Origin: Octopus vulgaris | Taxonomy: Eukaryota | NCBI GenBank assembly: GCA_951406725.2 | Contig: OX597814.1 | Coordinates: forward strand, 223,634,001 to 223,698,000 | DNA: 64,000 nucleotides | Direction: 5' to 3' | Shown here: in pieces, positions 55,769-64,000 of the stretch | How the letters are laid out: every line of letters starts with the position of its first letter | Numbering within the stretch: position 1 is the stretch's first letter | Program-made: the position numbers and the translations under genes | The notes under the pieces: generated by a model | The model's database searches: none | The model's input: the letters and a program-made list of their open reading frames with translations, nothing else | What the model was told of the DNA's origin: nothing

Positions 55769-58700
55769 GCCTTTCTTTCCCTGTTAAGGAAAGGGGGCGG
55801 CACAATCTCGATGATAGACTCAGCTGATAGCTGTACTCTTCCCATCACTGACAACAGTTGTTCTACAAAAGCTATCAGTCCCGATAACTCCGGACACTCC
55901 ACGAATGCGTGCAAGACGGTCTCCCTATTCTGCTCACATCGCGGGCATGTCGGCGAGACGGCACTACCGTGCCTTGACAGCTTGTCGCGAACAGGTAAAG
56001 CCGCACGGAAACATTGCCAGGCTAGGGATTTCTGGTAATTATCCAGGTACCCCGGCCCGAACGTCCTCCGGAACAGGTTGATCAACTGATTTTCATCGTA
56101 GCCCAGGGTCTCCCCCAAGGCGTCTTCGGACTTAATCTCCACTAACCCGCTATAGAAATCCGTGGTGGAACTCCTGTTGCCGGCGTTGCCCACCCGAGAT
56201 AGTAGCTGGAGCGCCTGACGGCACTCCAAATGCCATTCACTCAGTTTAGGTCTCCGCTTGATCCATGCACCGATGTCCGTTAGGGATGTTAACTGGGGAA
56301 GGTAGAACCGGACGTGCGGCGACCACACCTGCTCTCCATCCAGGTAAAGCCAGAGGTGCCTCAACCTTAACGCGAGTTTTCGCATCCTCAGCCAAGGCAT
56401 CCCTAGCCCACCCTTTAGCGGTTTCTGGCAGCAGACAGAGCGCTTTACAAGTGGCTTTCCTCCTTTCCACAAAAATCGGAAAAGGATTCTCTCCAACTTG
56501 TTCAGCCACAAATCGGGGCAAGGCACCACGGTCAGACGGTAGGTGATTACTGATGCTATAAACATCTGCACCACCTCCGCCTTCCCTAGCAGGGATAACG
56601 CCCGCCCAGACCAGGTCTGGGTTAGAGCGGTCACCTTGTTGGCCACCTCACTCCAATTTTTCTCAATCTGGAGGTCTGGCCCGAACCAGACTCCGAGCAG
56701 CTTAACAGGACCTTCCGTCCAACGCCCTACGACGTTATTGGACGGCATCGGCTTGCCCCTCCAGGTGCCGAGTTGCAAACCGACCGACTTGTCCTTGTTA
56801 ACCTTTGCTCCTGCCACCGCCTCGTAGCTTTTTATGGCCTCTTCCACCACTGGAAGCTGGCCTTCGTCTGCCACGATGATGGAGGTGTCATCCGCATACG
56901 CCGTAGCTCCTCTTCCACACCATAGATCATGCGGCGCGCCCCCTAGTGCCTCCAACTTCCGCAGCAAAGGCTCAAGAGCCAATACGTATAGGAGCGAGGA
57001 CAGGGGACACCCTTGACGAACTGAACGCTCGATCCTGAACGGCTTCGAAAAGGAACCGTTCACCTTGACTACAGACTCGATGTCGCTATACAAAGCAGCG
57101 ATCCAACCTCGAAAGGTCGGGCCTAGGCCAGCCTCTCCGAGGACCGCCGCCAGGTACCGATGGTCGACCCTATCAAATGCTTTGGACTGGTCTAAATGTA
57201 CCAGTGCTCCCCCTGCGCCAGAAAGCTTCCCCACCCTCTCTAAGGAGTAGCGTATAAGGTGGAGATTGTCGTGGATCGTTCTGCCGGGGATAGCGCACGT
57301 TTGCGCTTCCCCGACAAGTTTGTCCACGACCCGCGCCAACCTTTTTGCTAGCACCTTGGCCAGAATCTTTAACTCTGTGTTTAACAGAGTTATGGGCCTG
57401 AAGTTCCCTATCTCGTCCCCCTTGTTCGGGTCCTTCCTGATCAAGGTCACCGCCCTCCGGCTCGCAGACTTGGGAATTCTCCCATTCTGCTGCCAGTTGG
57501 CGTAGACGCTAGCCAGCAGGTGCCCGAACAAGTTTGGCATACTTCTATAAAATTCATAGGGCAGACCATCGAGACCCGGCGACTTCTCCCCGGGGCACTT
57601 GCCCAACACCTCGATTACTTCCTCGGCTGTGATTGGCCCTTCACAGCACTCAGCCTCTCGTGTCGAGAGGCGCGGGCCACCAGACAGGAAGTCCCTAAGG
57701 GCCTCACCATGATCCAGCGTCCCGCACCTCCCGAACAACTCGGCGAAGTGCTTGTGGAGTGCCTCACACATCTCGTCCCGCTTCTTGATCGTGCATCCGT
57801 TTTCATCAACAAGAGACCCAATTGTGGCATCGTTTCCACGCTGTGTTTCTATCGTACGGGCCCATCCGGCAACATTAATTCCCTCACGGCCCAATGCTCG
57901 TACTTTAGCCCGGACTCTACATCCCTCATGTTTGGTTTTGAGGTGACGGTCTAATGCCGTTCTCGCCGCTAAAATGTGAGATGCAGAGCCCAACCTCAAC
58001 GCCTCCTCTAAGTTCTTAACTAGTTGCCCTTCTATTCTAGCCCTATCTAGTCTTAGTTGTTTACTAAATCTAATGGACTCGAATCGAATGGCTCTTTTGA
58101 GGGTGAACCACCACCGGTTATTAACCACGGCTCCGGTTAACGCCCTCTGCACTAACACCTTAATCCGGCTACGGTATGCCTCGCGTGTCAAAATAGACTT
58201 GTTCAGCTTCCAGTAGCCGGTTCCTATCTTAAGTGTGCTATCTATGTCCAGTCTACACGTGACCATTCTATGGTCAGTATAGGGCACCTGGACGAGCTGT
58301 GGACAACTAAAACTAGACTTATCTCTAGTTCTTATCACTATCCTGTCTAGATAAGACTTGAACCTTCCGTCGCCACTCATCCAGGTCCACTCTGGGACGT
58401 TCGGATGGTCAAGTCTGTAACGATCTGCTAGCTGAAACCGTTTAAGCAGATCCACGAGACGTGAGTTCACTTTCCTATAGATCGAGCCAACGCTATCGAT
58501 GTGTACGTCAACGATAGCATTAAAGTCCCCTAATATCACTAAAGTCTTCGACGTCACGAGAAAGCCCTCTAGGCGCCGATAAAAATCAGTTTGGAAACCT
58601 CTAGCACAAGGTGCATAGAGTCCGATCAACCTGAAGGCCTTACTGCTGTATGTCACATCAAGGACGACCAGCCCACCTTCTGGGTCTACATAGACTGTAC

Positions 58701-58947
58701 TTGTCTGTAGAGCCAAGTCTTTACGGATCAGTACCACTACGCCCCCTCGCCCTCCGGTCTGGCCAGGAGACATGATTTTCTCGTAGCCATTCAGGAGAGG
58801 CGAGAAGGTTTGTAGGCTGTCCAGCTTGGTCTCTGTAGCAACCATCACATGTATATCATGTGATCTGAGGTCGTCGAGGAAACAAGCCTGCTTCCACTTC
58901 GAACTCAGACCACGCACATTTAAACAACCAAGGTTAAGCGAAGCCAT
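55753..58947 (-). CDS. LINE ORF2: APE endonuclease, reverse transcriptase and C-terminal CCHC zinc finger (1064 aa)
   Basis: LNVRGL, ETKL, LYAP, LGDFN, YLDR and TDH (APE). KSPGLDG, FRPITLLN, DQSKAFDRV, RQGCPLS and YADD (RT). CPRC..ETVLHAFVEC (zinc finger). Confidence 0.97.
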   Translation of the reverse strand: MASLNLGCLNVRGLSSKWKQACFLDDLRSHDIHVMVATETKLDSLQTFSPLLNGYEKIMSPGQTGGRGGVVVLIRKDLALQTSTVYVDPEGGLVVLDVTYSSKAFRLIGLYAPCARGFQTDFYRRLEGFLVTSKTLVILGDFNAIVDVHIDSVGSIYRKVNSRLVDLLKRFQLADRYRLDHPNVPEWTWMSGDGRFKSYLDRIVIRTRDKSSFSCPQLVQVPYTDHRMVTCRLDIDSTLKIGTGYWKLNKSILTREAYRSRIKVLVQRALTGAVVNNRWWFTLKRAIRFESIRFSKQLRLDRARIEGQLVKNLEEALRLGSASHILAARTALDRHLKTKHEGCRVRAKVRALGREGINVAGWARTIETQRGNDATIGSLVDENGCTIKKRDEMCEALHKHFAELFGRCGTLDHGEALRDFLSGGPRLSTREAECCEGPITAEEVIEVLGKCPGEKSPGLDGLPYEFYRSMPNLFGHLLASVYANWQQNGRIPKSASRRAVTLIRKDPNKGDEIGNFRPITLLNTELKILAKVLAKRLARVVDKLVGEAQTCAIPGRTIHDNLHLIRYSLERVGKLSGAGGALVHLDQSKAFDRVDHRYLAAVLGEAGLGPTFRGWIAALYSDIESVVKVNGSFSKPFRIERSVRQGCPLSSLLYVLALEPLLRKLEALGGAPHDLWCGRGATAYADDTSIIVADEGQLPVVEEAIKSYEAVAGAKVNKDKSVGLQLGTWRGKPMPSNNVVGRWTEGPVKLLGVWFGPDLQIEKNWSEVANKVTALTQTWSGRALSLLGKAEVVQMFIASVITYRLTVVPCPDLWLNKLERILFRFLWKGGKPLVKRSVCCQKPLKGGLGMPWLRMRKLALRLRHLWLYLDGEQVWSPHVRFYLPQLTSLTDIGAWIKRRPKLSEWHLECRQALQLLSRVGNAGNRSSTTDFYSGLVEIKSEDALGETLGYDENQLINLFRRTFGPGYLDNYQKSLAWQCFRAALPVRDKLSRHGSAVSPTCPRCEQNRETVLHAFVECPELSGLIAFVEQLLSVMGRVQLSAESIIEIVPPPFLNRERKACFFL

Positions 58948-58963
58948 TACAAAAGTAAAGGTT

Positions 58964-60292
58964 CTACTTACATTTCGTTGGAGAGGTGGGGGCCGACCTC
59001 ACCACACGTTTGTGGGCCCCTTCTTTCTCCTCTTTCTTCAGATAGTCCGGCAAGTTCGCGATATGCCGGATGGCGTTTGGGTGTCTGTCTTTTAATTGTT
59101 TGAACGTTGTTTCCGCAATCCACGCGTGTCTATTTCGATCTTTGTATTTGTTGTACAGTCTTGCTGACTGATGCTGAACCACAATATCGTTTATGTATTT
59201 GTCTTGTGTGTCGAATTCAATTAATATGAGTTCATTTTCTTTTTTGTCTTCTTTTTCTGGGCCAGTTGAGCGGGATTTTTTTTTCCGTGTCTGTGGTGTG
59301 TCTTTGTTTTTATTATTTTTTGTAGGGGATGTGGACGGGGATGCTGCACGAATTCTTTTACGAACTGGTGTAAATCCCCCCTCTGATACCTCCATGGTAT
59401 CGTCTGTGGTAGCAATAGTTTGTTCGGTAGGCGCCGCAGTTTTTAGGGGGGTGGGAGGTTTTAATAGTGTAGGGGTTTGTGAGTGCGAGGGCTAGGTTTT
59501 TTCTTCAGTCTGTTTTGGGGTTGGCACCGTAACAGCAGGAGTGGGATTTTTTGTTTTTGTAGGGGTAGGTGTGTTTGCAAGGGTAGGGACTTTTTTATTA
59601 TCTGAGGGGCCTGGTGTCTGCGGTTTCTTTTGCTTGTCTGGACAGTCTACACGAATGTGGCCCTTTTTGCTGCAGGCGTAACAGGTGGGTTTTCGGCCTT
59701 CGACCTGTACCCTGAGGGCTACGTTCTCGCCCACGAGCACCCTCTCAGGAAGGAGCTGCAGGTCCTCCGCTGTTCCTTGAATTAATATATTAATGTTACG
59801 CCCGAGCCAAAATCGAGGGGTAGAGCATGTTACTTCTAGTATTTTTATTTTGTCCGCCCTTTTATATAACAGGGCGGCCACTACCTCTACCGGATCTACG
59901 TCCGGCGGGGCTTCTACAATCCTGACCCGGGACGACCTGCGTCCCCTATAGCTTGGAAAAAGTACCACCTCCTTGGTTTTTAGGGGGTTCACAGAATGCC
60001 CGCGGGCCATTTCTTCCCCCGAGAAGCGGACATCCACAGTGCCATATGCCCGTCCCCTGGCGACGTACACGATGTCCTTCCAAATCGGGGACAGGCATTT
60101 CTCGATGGTGCTTTTTTCAAAGTGTTTGAACCTTCTGCTTTGTGGACAGAAAGTTTTAAACACTACGGTCCGCTTCTCGGTCTCCACGATACTGGCGGAG
60201 GGTGATATTTTAACATCACCACCCTCCTCTTGCATTCTTTTAAATAGCTCGACGAGCTGGTTGACATCGATGTCAATCTTCTCGGTAGCCAC
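58964..60292 (-). CDS. LINE ORF1 (Gag-like, CCHC zinc knuckle), interrupted by one in-frame TAG at 59492-59494
   Basis: Track ORFs 59492-60292 and 58964-59395 are in the same frame and joined by an open P/T-rich linker. Knuckle CYACSKKGHIRVDC. The track start codon is GTG. Confidence 0.85.
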
Positions 60293-60771
60293 TGCGGCTA
60301 CCTCAGAAAATTTTTAACATTGCTCTCCTCAAGAGCACTACTTTCGTGAATAATTTCAACAGACATTATTCTGTTGAAATTAGACAACACAAAAATTACG
60401 AATATTGGTTTCCCACAAAACTGGGAAACCTATAGAAAGTTTTTCTTCCAAAGTAGTTCAAAAAAGCAGTTCAAAAATTCCAATTCCCACCCCCATTCGG
60501 GGGAGGGGCACGAAAATAGTCTGGCAGGACTATATATAGTCACGTAAATAAAAAGCCACAGTGGCTAACAGTTCAACGGTAAGAAATTATTCAATTATTT
60601 CCCGGTAAAACCGGAGAACAAGACAGTTCAGCAACGTTTAAAGGCAAATTTTCAGTAGTAGGAATTCAACAATTAATAACACAGCAAAACTTCTTACCGG
60701 GAAGAAAACGCGTCCAAACCGTAGTACGGTAGGCAAAGTCACTCTTCTGTCAGTGAGGTTAGCAAGCTACT

Positions 60772-62755
60772 TTATTTTAAATAATTTGCCACTAGGGCAG
60801 CACACAGAGTAGTAGCTACGGGCTGGACAAGGACATTAATGGATGATGGTGGTGGTTGATGAAGATGGTGATGGGAGAAGTCGAAAGCGCCCGCCGACTT
60901 TTGCTTCTCTAAAACAATGTTTCAATAAATACATTTAATAAACAATGATTCAAATTGCATAAAAATGTTCAACAATTCTTCTCGTCAGGTCCCCGAAGCA
61001 AATTGTCTTGCCGCCTGCAGACAACTCTGCGACGACAAGTCGGGGCCTGCAAAGAGAAAGGTAAAGTCTTTCTTTTCAAAGGTCTCTGCGACCCTTGACA
61101 AAGTATCTTCTGTTACTTTCTCCGCAGCTACCTGCGGAGGCCATAACGGACTCCTTGAGCCGACCGTGTCCTTACGCTCTCGGTCACCCAAGCCAGTCAA
61201 GAATCTTTCAACCTTCTCTCCCTTGTGGTAAAGGAGGAGAAGCATCTCCTCTTCACAGGGAGGGACCTCACACTCCTCCGTCGGTGGCACACTTCCCACT
61301 GGCGGAGCCTTGTCCGCGGGTGGCACACATCCCACCCGCGGCTCCGTCGGCGACACAGAAACGTCAGTCGTCCGACCTCTCCTTTTTCTCCTCCTTCTTT
61401 TGGGGGAGACTGCTGACCCAGGGGACTCCGTCACCAGACACGGGGGATTGCTATCCCCCTTCGCCCCCTGAGCGTTCTTTGGCGGGCAACCATTGTTGCT
61501 CGCCTTTCTCTTTCTTTTCGTGGAGGCAACCTCCTCCACGACTTCCATCGTCTCCCCCTCCAATGAGGGGGCGGCGGGCGCCTTTTCCCCTCTCTGCTCC
61601 GGGGCACCACTACGGCCCCTGGGACAATTCTTCCTGATATGTCCGGGCTTCAGGCACAGGTGACACTTGGGGGGGCGACCCTCGAGTATCACCGGGTACC
61701 TGTGCCCAGCCATTCTCAGGAAGTCCGGGAATTTCATTTGCCCCACGGCTACCGGTGTCCACAGGGTCAAGGTTGCCCTCGACCCCTGCCAGGCGACCGC
61801 GGGAGCCACCTTCACACTTAGCAGTCTGGGTCCGCTATCCCCCAGGCCTCGCCGGATGGTCTTTTCGATCCATTCCGCCTCCGTGCCCGGGGGCAGCCCA
61901 CACACCCAGGCTCTTTTCACTTTTCTGCCACAATACGAGGGGAGGAACAAAATTTCCTCTCCCTCCAGTGGCTCGCTAGCAAATCTGCTAGCTTCCTCGG
62001 GGGTACCAAACAGCAACCAGACCGTTGCAAATTTGCTCCCCCGAGAAATAAATTTTATAGTTGGCAGGTAGTCCCCCAACTCTTTCTCTATAGTATTCTT
62101 GTCGAAGAGGGCAATGGCTCCACGCGACCTAGAATAGGTTCGTAGGACCACCGTCCTCTTCTCAAGACTTTCAATCCACTGCTTTGGTGGGACGACCTCC
62201 CATTCCAAAGCGGTGGTTTCTTTTGTTGCCATGTTTTTTTTTTTGTTTTTTTTAAATAAATGTATTTAGAATAAAACTAAAAAACGAGAAGAAAAGGAAA
62301 TCCGAAGAATGTCACAATGAAAAACGGAGAGAGTCAAATAAAGTTGAAAAGAAAGTCAAATAAAGTTAAAAAGAAAGTCAAAAACACAGCAAAATCCTTT
62401 TGGCCATTTGGTACTCCCGGCCTAAATCGAACCAGGATCGCACAACTTCCACAAAAATTGGTGTAAAATTGGTAGTTCTTCACAGCACCATACAATTTTC
62501 ACAATTCGAAGACGGATACGCCCCCCAAAATTTTCTCAGCGAGAAAATATATCTGCCACATGTCGGCAGAATCAGAATTCTGAATCCAGTAGGACTTCCT
62601 GCATGTAAAAAATAATTCTCAACAAAAACTCCCACTGGACCCAGAAAACAGAATCTTACCTTACATGGGGCTTCCAAAGTTTCAATTCAAGACGGCTTCA
62701 AAAGCACATCTTCACTGCTTCAGTAGCAAACACAACACTGACTCGCACATGCGCA
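60772..62755 (-). mobile_element. Non-autonomous ORF1/Gag-only retroelement, copy 1 (about 2.0 kb)
   Basis: 5' UTR of about 520 bp, a single ORF, and a 3' UTR of about 210 bp ending like the LINE (TGGCAAATTAT..AAATAAA). Bounded by GTTAGCAAGCTACT on both sides. No RT or endonuclease sequence. Confidence 0.88.
60985..62232 (-). CDS. Gag-like ORF1 protein with CCHC zinc knuckle (415 aa)
   Basis: Intact ATG ORF with knuckle CHLCLKPGHIRKNC and basic NLS-like tracts (KRKRK, KRRRRKRR). Colinear similarity to the LINE ORF1. Confidence 0.9.
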   Translation of the reverse strand: MATKETTALEWEVVPPKQWIESLEKRTVVLRTYSRSRGAIALFDKNTIEKELGDYLPTIKFISRGSKFATVWLLFGTPEEASRFASEPLEGEEILFLPSYCGRKVKRAWVCGLPPGTEAEWIEKTIRRGLGDSGPRLLSVKVAPAVAWQGSRATLTLWTPVAVGQMKFPDFLRMAGHRYPVILEGRPPKCHLCLKPGHIRKNCPRGRSGAPEQRGEKAPAAPSLEGETMEVVEEVASTKRKRKASNNGCPPKNAQGAKGDSNPPCLVTESPGSAVSPKRRRRKRRGRTTDVSVSPTEPRVGCVPPADKAPPVGSVPPTEECEVPPCEEEMLLLLYHKGEKVERFLTGLGDRERKDTVGSRSPLWPPQVAAEKVTEDTLSRVAETFEKKDFTFLFAGPDLSSQSCLQAARQFASGT

Positions 62756-62769
62756 GTTAGCAAGCTACT

Positions 62770-64000
62770 TTATTTTAAATAATTTGCCACTAGGGCAGCA
62801 CACAGAGTAGTAGCTACGGGCTGGACAAGGACATTAATGGATGATGGTGGTGGTTGATGAAGATGGTGATGGGAGAAGTCGAAAGCGCCCGCCGACTTTT
62901 GCTTCTCTAAAACAATGTTTCAATAAATACATTTAATAAACAATGATTCAAATTGCATAAAAATGTTCAACAATTCTTCTCGTCAGGTCCCCGAAGCAAA
63001 TTGTCTTGCCGCCTGCAGACAACTCTGCGACGACAAGTCGGGGCCTGCAAAGAGAAGGTAAAGTCTTTCTTTTCAAAGGTCTCTGCGACCCTTGACAAAG
63101 TATCTTCTGTTACTTTCTCCGCAGCTACCTGCGGAGGCCATAACGGACTCCTTGAGCCGACCGTGTCCTTACGCTCTCGGTCACCCAAGCCAGTCAAGAA
63201 TCTTTCAACCTTCTCTCCCTTGTGGTAAAGGAGGAGAAGCATCTCCTCTTCACAGGGAGGGACCTCACACTCCTCCGTCGGTGGCACACTTCCCACTGGC
63301 GGAGCCTTGTCCGCGGGTGGCACACATCCCACCCGCGGCTCCGTCGGCGACACAGAAACGTCAGTCGTCCGACCTCTCCTTTTCTCCTCCTTCTTTTGGG
63401 GGAGACTGCTGACCCAGGGGACTCCGTCACCAGACACGGGGGATTGCTATCCCCCTTCGCCCCCTGAGCGTTCTTTGGCGGGCAACCATTGTTGCTCGCC
63501 TTTCTCTTTCTTTTCGTGGAGGCAACCTCCTCCACGACTTCCATCGTCTCCCCCTCCAATGAGGGGGCGGCGGGCGCCTTTTCCCCTCTCTGCTCCGGGG
63601 CACCACTACGGCCCCTGGGACAATTCTTCCTGATATGTCCGGGCTTCAGGCACAGGTGACACTTGGGGGGGCGACCCTCGAGTATCACCGGGTACCTGTG
63701 CCCAGCCATTCTCAGGAAGTCCGGGAATTTCATTTGCCCCACGGCTACCGGTGTCCACAGGGTCAAGGTTGCCCTCGACCCCTGCCAGGCGACCGCGGGA
63801 GCCACCTTCACACTTAGCAGTCTGGGTCCGCTATCCCCCAGGCCTCGCCGGATGGTCTTTTCGATCCATTCCGCCTCCGTGCCCGGGGGCAGCCCACACA
63901 CCCAGGCTCTTTTCACTTTTCTGCCACAATACGAGGGGAGGAACAAAATTTCCTCTCCCTCCAGTGGCTCGCTAGCAAATCTGCTAGCTTCCTCGGGGGT
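62770..64000 (-). mobile_element. Non-autonomous ORF1/Gag-only retroelement, copy 2 (runs off the window end)
   Basis: Almost identical to 60772-62005. Two 1-bp homopolymer deletions (near 63055 and 63382) frameshift the ORF. Confidence 0.88.

Larger units (their letters stand above)
55318..60756 (-). mobile_element. Apparently full-length Tx1/L1-clade non-LTR retrotransposon (about 5.4 kb)
   Basis: 5' UTR, zinc-knuckle ORF1, 16-bp spacer, APE-RT-zinc finger ORF2 and a 3' UTR ending AATAAA. Bounded by GGTTAACAAGCTACT (55303-55317) and GGTTAGCAAGCTACT (60757-60771). Confidence 0.93.

Noticed and set aside
55652-60317. Plus-strand ORFs overlapping the LINE, and those overlapping the Gag-only units
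   Set aside because: Antisense shadows of GC-rich coding sequence with no recognisable motifs.
55303-62769. Recurrent 14-15 bp direct repeat as a CRISPR repeat or LTR
   Set aside because: Spacing is kilobases, the context is eukaryotic, and the RT/APE are non-LTR type. The repeat is better explained as a target-site duplication.

Overview
AT-rich, microsatellite-dense eukaryotic non-coding DNA. The repeat landscape resembles a cephalopod such as Octopus, which is an inference. I could not support any host protein-coding gene, RNA gene or CRISPR array, and nearly all short ORFs in the track are microsatellite or antisense artefacts. The window is a mosaic of mobile DNA: three tRNA-derived SINE families (called A, B and C here), two mariner relics, non-autonomous Helitrons, R4/Dong-like and HERO-like RLE LINE fragments, Penelope-type hammerhead motifs, a hAT relic and a decayed Tx1-like LINE. 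The main signal is at 55.3-64 kb on the minus strand. A near-intact Tx1/L1-clade LINE (Gag-like ORF1 plus APE-RT-zinc finger ORF2) is followed head-to-tail by at least two near-identical 2-kb elements that encode only a divergent Gag-like ORF1. All are stacked at one site in the tRNA-like head of a family-A SINE and separated by the same 14-15 bp duplicated target, GTTA(A/G)CAAGCTACT. The LINE 3' end also shares a 26/26 nt identical block with the tail of one family-B SINE subfamily, plus a terminal stem-loop with both partners. This suggests a SINE-targeting retrotransposon guild: an autonomous LINE, a Gag-only element and a SINE.
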